DNA of 55,928 bases from Gammaproteobacteria bacterium (GTDB taxonomy: Bacteria; Pseudomonadota; Gammaproteobacteria; SZUA-140): positions 1 to 55,928 of the forward strand of contig QIGV01000179.1 in assembly GCA_003230085.1 (NCBI GenBank), written 5' to 3'. Below the pieces are notes generated by a model that was not told the DNA's origin, did no database searches, and saw only the letters and a list, made by a program, of their open reading frames with translations. The position numbers and the translations under genes were made by a program. Within the stretch, counting starts at the first letter, position 1. Every line of letters begins with the position of its first letter. Shown here one piece after another: positions 19,959 to 29,173 of the stretch.

Positions 19959-21782
19959 TCAAATAATACTACATACTGCTGGCGAGGGACTAGAGAGGCC
20001 ATCAATATTGTAGGCTCTGACTGTGAAACAGACCTTATCACCAGTTGCCATGCCAAGGTCATTTTGAGTTTCGAATTCCACATAAGGCGCCAGTGAATCA
20101 ACATTCGTCGAAGTGATGGGTATATCCAAGAGTTGAGTCGTTACCGCGTCTAATGTCATGCCAAAGTACACAATATAACCGACGATGACGCTTGGATTTG
20201 GGTTCCATTTCAGTGAAATGAGTTGCTTGCTTGCGTTGCTACCAGTACCTGTGCCTGTGCCTGTACCTGTACCAGTACTGCCGGTAGCGCTACTGTCGCT
20301 TGTGCTGCTACCAACATTTCCTGTACTGCTCGTGTCATCAGGGCTGACGCTACCTGCAGGAACAGCCGTTCCGGTACTACTAGTACTATCAGTACCAGTA
20401 CCTGCTGTGCCAGTAACCTTGATTGTCACTGATTTACTGGTAGTTTGAGAACTGTTATTAGAGCATGTCAAGGTGAATGTTGTATCAGTGTTAAGCGGAC
20501 CAACCACTTCCTCGCCCGATGTGATGTCATTGCTGTTCCAACTGATGGGGCCAGACGCCACGCAGGATGTTGAGTTGCTTGTCGCCCAGGTAAGTGTAGC
20601 GAGCCCATTTGCCTCTACGGATAACTGGGCTGCAGTTAAACTGACCACAGGTGGTTGAGTGGTTTCAATTTGAACTCGGACTGCGGTATTCAGATTTTCC
20701 TGTTCTGTGTCCGTTGCATAGGCGACCAGCATCACCGCATCAGCAAAGTCGGCGCTTTTATCGGTAGGCAACAATGTTTTGATTCCTTCAGGGGTAGTGC
20801 TCGGTGATATTGTATCCAGGGCAGATGTAACATTCGTTAATAGCGCTGCCGGATCCATTATAAGTGCTGCATTGACAGCAATTTTAGTCTGGTCGAGGAT
20901 TTCTCTGGTAATCCTGGCATCCCGGGTAGTGTCTGTCGCATCGGGAGTTGTCATTCTGATTGCGTTGTCCATCAATGTGGTAGCGGGTGCTCCGTTAACA
21001 TAGAGATTATTGTTCAATGCCTCGATAAGCACTTGGCCGGATACAACATTCACCGTGGCGGCAATCAGCATATCAGTATCCGCTTGCCCGGCGCCATCAA
21101 TAATTCCATCGGTCAGATCTGCGGCCAAGCTATTAATCAAGTCATCTTCGCTTACGGAATTGCCTGAGACTAACAGTGTATTTCGTGTACGGCGTAACAT
21201 TTCAGCTAATACTTCGCTGGATTTGACAATCGTCGCCACATTTTGTTCATTGATGACCGTGGTGATGGGATTTGGAACTAAATTGGTATCCAGGCCAAAA
21301 TTGACATGTTTGAGGACTACCTGGGTGGCCAAATCAAGGTTCGTGGGGTTGAGTCCCCCAGCCATGGATTGAGCCGTTTTGATGATCATCGTCGAAAACG
21401 GGTTGATATTGGCATTTTTTTCTGAGGGATTGCTGATCAGTGAAATCATCTCAAAATCGGGTACTGTTCCGCTGACCATGTCCGTGCCGTCCTTAGCTAT
21501 GACGATTAAGGGATATGCTGCATTGGCAGGTATATCCGCAGTATAGTTGGCAGTTTCATCACTGATGGTTGAGGCAATAACTGCTCCGCTAGCATCCATA
21601 ACAGTTATGCTAGCGCCAGATACCGGCCCATCACCGACACTACCGCTTATTGTTATAGAGCTAGGTAAATTTGAGGCCGGGGTTCCTTCGCCGCCGCCAC
21701 AAGCCGTCAACAGGGTTAGAAGCGATATGGTGATTGTATATTGAATGATTGATTTGCTGATAAAACGTGAAAACATGGGCAT
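19959..21782 (-). CDS. Lipoprotein with carboxypeptidase-regulatory-like/Ig-like domains, Ser/Thr/Gly linker and C-terminal FN3-like domain
   Basis: Lipobox LLTLLTA-CGGG; ISGSVGDGPVSGA; NINPFST; LTW...SC.ASG..W...FTLTC; C-terminal LKWNPN..GYIVYFG...CFTVRAYN..G.S..S.AVC. Confidence 0.75.
   Translation of the reverse strand: MPMFSRFISKSIIQYTITISLLTLLTACGGGEGTPASNLPSSITISGSVGDGPVSGASITVMDASGAVIASTISDETANYTADIPANAAYPLIVIAKDGTDMVSGTVPDFEMISLISNPSEKNANINPFSTMIIKTAQSMAGGLNPTNLDLATQVVLKHVNFGLDTNLVPNPITTVINEQNVATIVKSSEVLAEMLRRTRNTLLVSGNSVSEDDLINSLAADLTDGIIDGAGQADTDMLIAATVNVVSGQVLIEALNNNLYVNGAPATTLMDNAIRMTTPDATDTTRDARITREILDQTKIAVNAALIMDPAALLTNVTSALDTISPSTTPEGIKTLLPTDKSADFADAVMLVAYATDTEQENLNTAVRVQIETTQPPVVSLTAAQLSVEANGLATLTWATSNSTSCVASGPISWNSNDITSGEEVVGPLNTDTTFTLTCSNNSSQTTSKSVTIKVTGTAGTGTDSTSSTGTAVPAGSVSPDDTSSTGNVGSSTSDSSATGSTGTGTGTGTGTGSNASKQLISLKWNPNPSVIVGYIVYFGMTLDAVTTQLLDIPITSTNVDSLAPYVEFETQNDLGMATGDKVCFTVRAYNIDGLSSPSPAVCSII
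20241..20280 (-). repeat. Degenerate 6-bp tandem repeat encoding a (TG)n linker
   Basis: accagtacctgtgcctgtgcctgtacctgtaccagtactg. Confidence 0.7.
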
Positions 21783-21869
21783 GTAACCTCGGTGCTGGAG
21801 TCAAGAATTGCGCTACATGTATCATCGTGATTCTGAGTTTTATCTCCGAGCTGTAGACCACAGAAGCGT

Positions 21870-21885
21870 TGTGATGGCGCTCACA
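21870..21885. promoter_or_regulatory. CRP-family binding site 1
   Basis: TGTGA-tggcgc-TCACA, a perfect TGTGA-N6-TCACA match. Confidence 0.65.
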
Positions 21886-21899
21886 GTCTCTGAAAATCG

Positions 21900-21915
21900 T
21901 GTGATTTTGGTCACA
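21900..21915. promoter_or_regulatory. CRP-family binding site 2
   Basis: TGTGA-ttttgg-TCACA, a perfect match 30 bp from site 1. Confidence 0.65.
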
Positions 21916-22238
21916 AAATAGTGAATTAAGTACGATTCTCGAGCGTTATGCTGCGGATTTGAACAAGTTGGAGCCAGCTTATTTGAATGTGGGGGAATTC
22001 AGTGTTAATGATGAAATATGACGGGGCCACGTGTGTTGCCATATTGCCAATAATACAATGGCTTAGAAAAGATATTGTGAGGTGGGTTATGAAAAAATGC
22101 TGGGCAGTGTAATCGATGTGGTCGAATTATGAACTAAACGTTTTTTTTCATGTCGGATCATGATGTTGAGTGGATTGCTATTACAGGTGAAATGATGGCA
22201 TACATTTGCTAGGATGCCGACTGGTATGTATGAATACA

Positions 22239-22370
22239 AATTCAGGTCTGGACCCCTGCCTAAGAGGGCATCTGAATTACTTCTATTCCTGGCTAACGCG
22301 TAGCGGTGAACAGGGATCTGTGTAGAAAAACCATTGTTTATTGGGTTCCCGCATGCGCAGGGATTGCGCA
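22239..22370 (+). other. Candidate structured 5' leader (3-4 consecutive hairpins)
   Basis: Stems aattcaggt/atctgaatt (inner ccct/aggg), attcctg/cagggat (inner gcta/tagc) and tgcgcag/ttgcgca upstream of the discoidin gene. No family recognised. Confidence 0.3.
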
Positions 22371-22396
22371 GTAAATTAAACAGAGATTATATAAAT

Positions 22397-23230
22397 ATGA
22401 AAGTTGCTATGAACATGAGAGGTCATCATTTAACCGTGCGTTTTTGTGCAACCTTATTTGTCGTAATAAGTATCGGATTGTTTCTGACCGTTATCGGAAA
22501 TGTTCATGCACACAAGTCGCTGCAAGGCAGCAAACAAACAACGGGATTAATCAAAATATCGGCTGTTTCCGCATTGAACCCCAATAAAGTTGGTAGCCAG
22601 ATAATTACTAATCTGATTGATGGCAATCTCAACACGATATGGAAAACGAAACAACTACCCCAAAATATTATTCTGGATCTGGGGCTCTCTCAAATGATCA
22701 GCAGTACACGCATTGCATTAGGGGCGCACCGGAAAAAAAGAGTGCATCGGTATTCCATATCGATTTCTCTGGATAGCATCAACTGGGTAAAAGTTGCGAA
22801 TAACCGCAGTTTCAGCACATCGCAGTGGACTAAGGCTTCATTTACCCCTGTAAATGCCCGTTATGTAAAGGTCAGCTTGAACTCCGTTAGCCATAAAGAC
22901 GTTGTGGCAATTCGTGATATTGAGATTTATGGGCGAATCGGCAACTCGAACAATAAGGGTAATCAGAAGATTACTCTGAATTGGAGACCCAACTCAGGAA
23001 GAATCGATGGCTATCTAGTTTTCTATGGGCCAAATGCCAGCATGGCTTCGGCCCAAATTTCAGATATCTCTGTAAACTCGTCTGGGTTTAGTCCCTTGAC
23101 GCCATCAATACAATATGACACCTGGCTTGATTTGAATGCATTGCCAGGTGATAACGTATGTTTTCGGTTGAGAGCCTATAGTGCGGTTGGTATATCGGGG
23201 TGGTCTTCAGCTGTCTGTAGTGGAGTTTAA
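22397..23230 (+). CDS. Secreted/anchored discoidin (F5/8 type C, CBM32-like) plus C-terminal FN3-like protein
   Basis: N-terminal hydrophobic helix; NLIDGNLNTIW, IILDLG, S.D..NW, ARYVKV, IRDIEIYG; C-terminal domain similar to that of 19959..21782. ATG 22397 preferred over TTG 22334. Confidence 0.75.
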   Translation: MKVAMNMRGHHLTVRFCATLFVVISIGLFLTVIGNVHAHKSLQGSKQTTGLIKISAVSALNPNKVGSQIITNLIDGNLNTIWKTKQLPQNIILDLGLSQMISSTRIALGAHRKKRVHRYSISISLDSINWVKVANNRSFSTSQWTKASFTPVNARYVKVSLNSVSHKDVVAIRDIEIYGRIGNSNNKGNQKITLNWRPNSGRIDGYLVFYGPNASMASAQISDISVNSSGFSPLTPSIQYDTWLDLNALPGDNVCFRLRAYSAVGISGWSSAVCSGV

Positions 23231-23382
23231 GGGTCTATTTTAATCTAAAACATCATCGCATGATGCGTATGTAATTCTGGGTTACAACACGCCGTGTGTA
23301 GCCCGTTCAATACAAAGTAGTGCGCTGCAGTTCTTTCTGATGAATTCATCTGGTTTTCTCCGGGCCCAGCATAATTTTCTGT

Positions 23383-23409
23383 TTAAATTATCTCCAGTCA
23401 AGCCGATAT
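23383..23409 (+). promoter_or_regulatory. Putative sigma28 (FliA)-type promoter
   Basis: TTAAA-N14-GCCGATAT, 46 nt upstream of ATG 23456. Confidence 0.4.
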
Positions 23410-23455
23410 AGGCATTGCATGTCTGTATTAAACATTTGAGAAGTAAAGGACAGGA

Positions 23456-24262
23456 ATGCCATCTAATAAAAGCCATAAAATAGGCACCTGGAGGCAGTTT
23501 GCTAAGCACGTTAGGTCAAATGGGTGCAGCCTTCTAAAGGATTTGGATAAATATCCCAATACCATTTTGGTTTCTGGATGCCAGCGTTCTGGTACGACTA
23601 TGATTGCCCGTCTCATATTTCAGAGTGAGGGGATGATCAATTACTGGGTCGGTCAAGATGATGAACTGGATGCCGCGTTGATATTATCTGGTTACATGAA
23701 TCATGTACCACAGCATGGACGGTATTGCTTTCAAACCACTTATCTGAATGAATGCTATCAGGAATATATCAAGCATAAGGGAGAGTTTCGACTAATATGG
23801 GTATTGAGGAATCCGTATTCGGTGATCAATTCGATGTTGTACAACTGGAGCAGATTTGCCCTCAATGAATTATTTGATGCCTGTGGCGCGTCTCTATTGA
23901 CGGGGAAAGATAGAATGCGCTATGAAAAATATGGCCGTATAGCGATTAACCGCGCACACAGGGCGTGTATGGCATACCAGGGTAAAACATTGCAATTGTT
24001 TGAGCTTCATAAAAATCTTGGTGCAGATGTTTTGGTTGTTGATTATGATGAACTGGTATCCTCTGATACAATTTTGTTGCATGCCATCTATGAATTCATT
24101 GATCTACCATTTAAGGAAAACTATACAGATTCAATCAATAGAAACAGTATCAGTAAGGCTAAAAAATTACCTAACAAGATACGGGATATGATCAGTGAAA
24201 CCAGTATGCCTGTATACGAGCAAGCCAGGTCATTGTTGTCTCCACCCTTCAACCAGAAATAG
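23456..24262 (+). CDS. Sulfotransferase-fold protein
   Basis: ILVSGCQRSGTTM, LRNPYSVINS, YDELV. Confidence 0.75.
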   Translation: MPSNKSHKIGTWRQFAKHVRSNGCSLLKDLDKYPNTILVSGCQRSGTTMIARLIFQSEGMINYWVGQDDELDAALILSGYMNHVPQHGRYCFQTTYLNECYQEYIKHKGEFRLIWVLRNPYSVINSMLYNWSRFALNELFDACGASLLTGKDRMRYEKYGRIAINRAHRACMAYQGKTLQLFELHKNLGADVLVVDYDELVSSDTILLHAIYEFIDLPFKENYTDSINRNSISKAKKLPNKIRDMISETSMPVYEQARSLLSPPFNQK

Positions 24263-24319
24263 CCCAAAATTCACACAACAGGATGTAGCATATAGAGATG
24301 CAGGGTTTGGCACAGAATT

Positions 24320-25579
24320 ATGGCTGAGAAAAAATATCTGAAGTTCCTTTTCTGTTCTGCCGACAAGTTTCCGCCATTTCGGGTAGATGTGGCAGTGCTG
24401 TTTGGTGATGAAATGGCCAGTCGTGGTCATAAAATCGACTGGGTCTTACAGTCAGATCAGGCGTGTAGCAAGTCTTATCAAACTACTTGGTCCGGTGGTC
24501 GTGTATGGGTGGGGAGGACCGATCTGGGAGAGAATCGATTAAGCCGGTTAAAAAAGCATGTCTATAATATATTGCACGCGTGTCGTTTGTTGTCCTTATC
24601 GTGTAAAAATAAGTATGACTTTATTCAGGTCAAAGACCAGTTTGTTGCCGGTGTGTTAGGCTTGATTGCTGCCAGATTAAATGATACTCGGTTTTATTAC
24701 TGGTTATCCTACCCCTTTCCAGAGGCGTCCCTATATGCTGCCGATCAGGGTACAGCCCGATACCCATTTTTTTATCGAGCGCGGGGAATTTTTTTTAAAT
24801 TCCTGCTTTATAAAATAATTCTTCCTCTATCAGACCACGTTTTTGTTCAAAGTGAGCAGATGAAGGTTGATGTCGCTTCACAGGGGATTGCGGAGGAAAA
24901 GTTATCCGTTGTCCCTATGGGGGTTAACCTTAAGAAATTTATACAGTTCACTGAATCAAATACAGATGATTTGTCGGATTATGAAGAGGAGTGTATTGTC
25001 TATTTGGGTACGTTGATACGTGAGAGAAGGATCGATTTTCTCATCAGGGTGGTTAGCCAAGTGCGGCGGGACAGGCCGAAAGCAAAACTTTATCTGGTTG
25101 GTGGTGGAGAAGACCAGGAGGATATTGATCTCCTGATGAGGGAAGCGAGACGATTAGGCATAGAAGAAGCGGTAAAAATTACCGGTTTTTTGCCCCAGGA
25201 AGAGGCATTGAAATATGTAAGGAAAGCCAGTGTTTGCGTTTCTCCCTTCTATCCAACGCCGATCCTGAATTCTACATCACCCACTAAAGTTGTCGAATAT
25301 ATGGCGCTAGGTATGCCTGTTGTTGCCAATGATCATCCTGAGCAGCGCATGGTGATCAATGAAAGTAGTGGTGGTCTTTGTGTGCCCTACGAAGAGAAGG
25401 CTTTTGCGAGCGCAATTACAAGAATATTGGACGATCCAGATGAAGCTAAGGCAATGGGCGAGAGTGGTAGACGATATGTGACAGAAAAAAGAAGTTATGA
25501 AAAGATCGCCGATATGTTAGAAGAGCAGTATTTCAATATCTGTACTAGCATTGAGAATAATAGGCCGCCTATTACGTAA
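24320..25579 (+). CDS. GT4 glycosyltransferase
   Basis: VPMGV, YLGTL..ERRIDFL, SPTKVVEYMALGMPVVAND. Confidence 0.9.
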   Translation: MAEKKYLKFLFCSADKFPPFRVDVAVLFGDEMASRGHKIDWVLQSDQACSKSYQTTWSGGRVWVGRTDLGENRLSRLKKHVYNILHACRLLSLSCKNKYDFIQVKDQFVAGVLGLIAARLNDTRFYYWLSYPFPEASLYAADQGTARYPFFYRARGIFFKFLLYKIILPLSDHVFVQSEQMKVDVASQGIAEEKLSVVPMGVNLKKFIQFTESNTDDLSDYEEECIVYLGTLIRERRIDFLIRVVSQVRRDRPKAKLYLVGGGEDQEDIDLLMREARRLGIEEAVKITGFLPQEEALKYVRKASVCVSPFYPTPILNSTSPTKVVEYMALGMPVVANDHPEQRMVINESSGGLCVPYEEKAFASAITRILDDPDEAKAMGESGRRYVTEKRSYEKIADMLEEQYFNICTSIENNRPPIT

Positions 25580-25592
25580 ACCCATACCATCA

Positions 25593-26705
25593 ATGCAAAA
25601 AAGAAAAAAAAGACTATGCTTTCTCTTGCCGTCTCATTATTCGGGGATATTTGGTGGCGCCCAATATCAGGCCAAAGTGTTACTGGAAGAGCTTGTTAAA
25701 AGGGATGAATATGAAATTTATTATTTAGCCAGAAATATTGATCCTGATTATAAACCGGAAGGATATACAATTCTTAAGATACCTTCCAATCGATATTTAA
25801 AGCGTCTCGGTTTTTTTGTGGACTGTCCCATACTATTACGGATGCTGAAAAAAATAAGTCCCGATGTTATTTATCAGCGGGGGTTCACCTCCTATACAGG
25901 GTATGCAGCCTATTATGCTAAAAGGCATGAGGCTAGATTGGTATTTCATATCGCGTCAGATTTTGACGTAATTCCATATGGGGAACTAAAAAAGCAGCAT
26001 AGCTTCAGTGTGCCGTTTATTGAAAAGAAAATCGGTGAATTTGGGTTAAGACAAGCCGATAGCCTGATCACGCAAACTCGTGTACAAAGTGATTTACTGA
26101 AATCTAATTATGGCAGGGATGTGACCGCGATTGTAAAAAACTTTCATCCGATGCCTGATGAAATCGTCGAAAAAAAAGATACTATAAAGATTATATGGGT
26201 TGCAAATTTCAAACGGGTTAAAAGACCTGAGCTATTTGTGCGTTTGGCTAAAGATTTACAGCATCTTGAAAACGTTGAGTTCCTCATGATTGGGCGTGCT
26301 GGAGATGAGTCTCTATATGGTAACCTGCATCAAGAAATAGGGGAAATGAATAACCTAATGTTTGTTGGAGAACAGTCGCAGGCTGATGTCAACCGGATCA
26401 TTGCGAGTGCTCATATATTGGTGAATACAAGCCTTCTGGAAGGATTTCCGAATACTTTTATACAAGCCTGGATGAGAAAAGTGCCTGTCGTCACGGCTGG
26501 CGTGAATAGTGACGGTCTCTTTAATGATGGTTCAATCGGTTTTTGTGGTAATACTTATGAGAAAATGAAGGGATACATTATGCAACTCATCCAGAATGAA
26601 TCACTAAGAGTAGATATAGGGGAGTGTGCTCAAAACTATGCTTTTAAGGAGCATACGATTACTAATGCGGATAAATTAATATCAGTGATACGTGGTAGCG
26701 ACTAA
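25593..26705 (+). CDS. GT4 glycosyltransferase
   Basis: GGAQYQ, WVANFKRVKRPE, NTSLLEGFPNTFIQAW. ATG 25593 preferred over TTG 25551. Confidence 0.9.
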   Translation: MQKRKKRLCFLLPSHYSGIFGGAQYQAKVLLEELVKRDEYEIYYLARNIDPDYKPEGYTILKIPSNRYLKRLGFFVDCPILLRMLKKISPDVIYQRGFTSYTGYAAYYAKRHEARLVFHIASDFDVIPYGELKKQHSFSVPFIEKKIGEFGLRQADSLITQTRVQSDLLKSNYGRDVTAIVKNFHPMPDEIVEKKDTIKIIWVANFKRVKRPELFVRLAKDLQHLENVEFLMIGRAGDESLYGNLHQEIGEMNNLMFVGEQSQADVNRIIASAHILVNTSLLEGFPNTFIQAWMRKVPVVTAGVNSDGLFNDGSIGFCGNTYEKMKGYIMQLIQNESLRVDIGECAQNYAFKEHTITNADKLISVIRGSD

Positions 26706-26737
26706 ATGCTGATAAAATCTGAATAATCTATTTTTTC

Positions 26738-27544
26738 ATGAAGAATTTTATCATAGTAGGGACCCAAAGAACTGGGAGCAGTGCATATGCTGAGTCTCTA
26801 AATATGCATCCAAAGATTGCATGTGGTTGGGAATGGGCGCAGCGAGGGTATTGGAAGAATAAAACTAAAATTGCAGAGCGGGCATTGAATGGCGATTTTT
26901 CAGATCTCATGGAAAATGAACGCAATCATATCGCAGAATTGATTAAAAAGAATCCGCAATGGATGGGTTATCGCCGGTTATTTAGAGCTACTAATCAATG
27001 GGTATTCTACCCGGGATTGTCACCGGCCCTATGGGTTGATCAATTGTCAATGCATCTCAAATGGTTAGCTGGGCAAAAGGACATGCATGTTATTCATATT
27101 GTACGTTGCGATAATTTTTCCTGGATAAAATCTAAATATTTATCTTCTATAACAAATAGTTACGTTGGGAAAGCTTACCCTGAAAATGCAAGAATAACCA
27201 TTCCTGTTAATGAATCAAATCGGCGAATTCGTTCCAAAAATTGGGTTGATCAGCGCCTGGCAACCTTGTCGGAGACTAATCCGTATTTGCGCATCTATTA
27301 TGAAGACTTTCTTTGTGATCAAAAGGCCGCGATTGAATCGGCTCTGAAGTTTCTGGAATGCAATCTGATGGAAACAGGTGAAGACAACCGGAAAATAAAA
27401 CGCCAATCATCGGAGAAATCAAGAGAGCAAATCGTCAATTATGACGAGCTGAAAAAATATCTCACAAAGAATAACCAGCTTTTCGCTGCTTTTGATGCCG
27501 GGTCGGAAGCAAGATGTAAGATATTATGCGCTGCGCTGAACTGA
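26738..27544 (+). CDS. Stf0-like sulfotransferase
   Basis: FIIVGTQRTGSS, HP.I.CGWE, IHIVR.D, YEDF, KRQS...I.NYDEL. Confidence 0.75.
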   Translation: MKNFIIVGTQRTGSSAYAESLNMHPKIACGWEWAQRGYWKNKTKIAERALNGDFSDLMENERNHIAELIKKNPQWMGYRRLFRATNQWVFYPGLSPALWVDQLSMHLKWLAGQKDMHVIHIVRCDNFSWIKSKYLSSITNSYVGKAYPENARITIPVNESNRRIRSKNWVDQRLATLSETNPYLRIYYEDFLCDQKAAIESALKFLECNLMETGEDNRKIKRQSSEKSREQIVNYDELKKYLTKNNQLFAAFDAGSEARCKILCAALN

Positions 27545-27552
27545 GGTGACAT

Positions 27553-28305
27553 TCAATATGAATCGATCTGTCCATAGACCTGTTGGCTGTTGTACTTCAT
27601 GACTGGAAATAAAATTGCTGGCCAGATACTTGTTTTTTCCATCCAGCGGCCATCATATTTTATTTTGAGTGATTGATTGGTCCTCATTCGATTACCCACC
27701 AGTATATGACTCTTAGCATTATTTATTTCCAGCATTGTAGGCTCAAATTCTAAAGATAAGGTATGGCATAATGCCGGTACTGTATCTTCAGGATTCAGGA
27801 CTAATGGTTCATATCCTATTCTGATGGTATCAGGTGCGGCTGCCTGGAAATTTCTGTTTTTCCAGTACCAGCGCAGCATATTATTTGGTGTGATCCTGCT
27901 AGACAAAGATACAGACCAGCCTCGTACATCGCGTACTATCCTGATAGATTTGCAGTCTGAAATATTACTCAAGACATGTAATGATTCAAGGTGTTTTGAG
28001 CTATCTATTGGAATTTTACCAGGAAAATATTTTGAAAATATTTTTAGAAATATGGTGTAGCGGACCTCCAGACTATCAGATTTCTGCTGATCAATAGCTT
28101 CCATGACGGCAGGCCAAAATTCACATTTTCCACATGTACAACGATTGTAGTGGTCTTCTATCCACTGGCGGTTTTGTCCCACTTTAATAACATTGTCAAC
28201 TTCACCAACGGCTATACAAGAACTATGTGTGCCTAAAATCATGTCAAGTATCGTTGTGCCCGATCTGTGCAGGCCTGTGATAAATATAGTGCGTATTTTT
28301 GACAT
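27553..28305 (-). CDS. Sulfotransferase with CxCG..CxFW insertion; last gene of the NRPS operon
   Basis: GLHRSGTTILD, VGE, CTCGKCEFW, IDSSK, RDVRGW, YE.L, GNRMR. Starts 13 bp after the PPTase stop. Confidence 0.8.
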   Translation of the reverse strand: MSKIRTIFITGLHRSGTTILDMILGTHSSCIAVGEVDNVIKVGQNRQWIEDHYNRCTCGKCEFWPAVMEAIDQQKSDSLEVRYTIFLKIFSKYFPGKIPIDSSKHLESLHVLSNISDCKSIRIVRDVRGWSVSLSSRITPNNMLRWYWKNRNFQAAAPDTIRIGYEPLVLNPEDTVPALCHTLSLEFEPTMLEINNAKSHILVGNRMRTNQSLKIKYDGRWMEKTSIWPAILFPVMKYNSQQVYGQIDSY

Positions 28306-28318
28306 TATTAGATTGCCT

Positions 28319-29086
28319 TTATTTGTCCCATCCCCAATATTTTACCTGTGCTATTTGTCCGGGTACAACTGCAGCAGCAATATAATCAAGGTGTGGTCTT
28401 ATATTAGCTATTGAATGGCAGTTGTGAGGTAAAGACTGATGAATAGTTTTTAGTAAGGCAGCAGGTTTATTCGGGGTCAAAGTGACATCGAATGTGCTCA
28501 AAGGAATTGCCAGACCTTGGCCCAGTGCCTTGATGTAAGCCTCTTTTCTTGTCCAGCAATTATAAAATGCTATTAGTTGTTGCTGAGAGGGAAGAGATCG
28601 TAGCTCAGAGATTTCATTTTCAGAGAAATATTGTATCGCTATGTTTTCATAATCAATATTGGCATTAATGTGCTCAATATCAATGCCGATTTCTCTATTG
28701 AGTACAATGGCAATGAGTGCCAGATTATTAGAATGTGATAGATTGAATTGAATGCCGGTGTTGTACAGATTACCCTTCAATGCAGGTTTCCCGTGTGTAT
28801 TATATTCAAATTGAATCGATTCAGGTTTCCTGAGAAGATAGCGTCCGAGTACACTGCGTAGAATACTGTGTCTTATGATAAAGCGAGTTTTGTCTTTTTC
28901 GAAATGGAATTTATCGGCCCGGTATTTTTCTTCCGGACTGATTATTTTAGAATGCCCTGTCAAATCGCAGTTAATATTTTCGAAATTGATACGCCAGACA
29001 TGGATTTCATCAGGCGATATTGGAATGTTACCCGATGGCGGTGTTTTGAAATTATCAGGATCCGGTGTATTACTATTTAATGACAT
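28319..29086 (-). CDS. Sfp-type 4'-phosphopantetheinyl transferase
   Basis: GKP, FNLSHS, IGIDIE, WTRKEAYIKALGQG. Confidence 0.95.
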   Translation of the reverse strand: MSLNSNTPDPDNFKTPPSGNIPISPDEIHVWRINFENINCDLTGHSKIISPEEKYRADKFHFEKDKTRFIIRHSILRSVLGRYLLRKPESIQFEYNTHGKPALKGNLYNTGIQFNLSHSNNLALIAIVLNREIGIDIEHINANIDYENIAIQYFSENEISELRSLPSQQQLIAFYNCWTRKEAYIKALGQGLAIPLSTFDVTLTPNKPAALLKTIHQSLPHNCHSIANIRPHLDYIAAAVVPGQIAQVKYWGWDK

Positions 29087-29173
29087 CGTAATTCCTGGTA
29101 GGGCTTATATACCAAGCTTTCCTGTGTCATATCCGTAAAATCGTGATTTTGATAAAAGAGAGCAGTAGCTTGT

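Noticed and set aside
20185-21744. Plus-strand ORFs such as the PVPVPV-containing 20185..20448, and other short ORFs antisense to long genes across the window
   Set aside because: They are shadows of low-complexity or repetitive coding sequence on the opposite strand, with no recognisable motifs.
22196-22210. Sigma54 promoter TGGCA...TTGCT
   Set aside because: The GG-to-GC spacing is 9 nt rather than the required 10.
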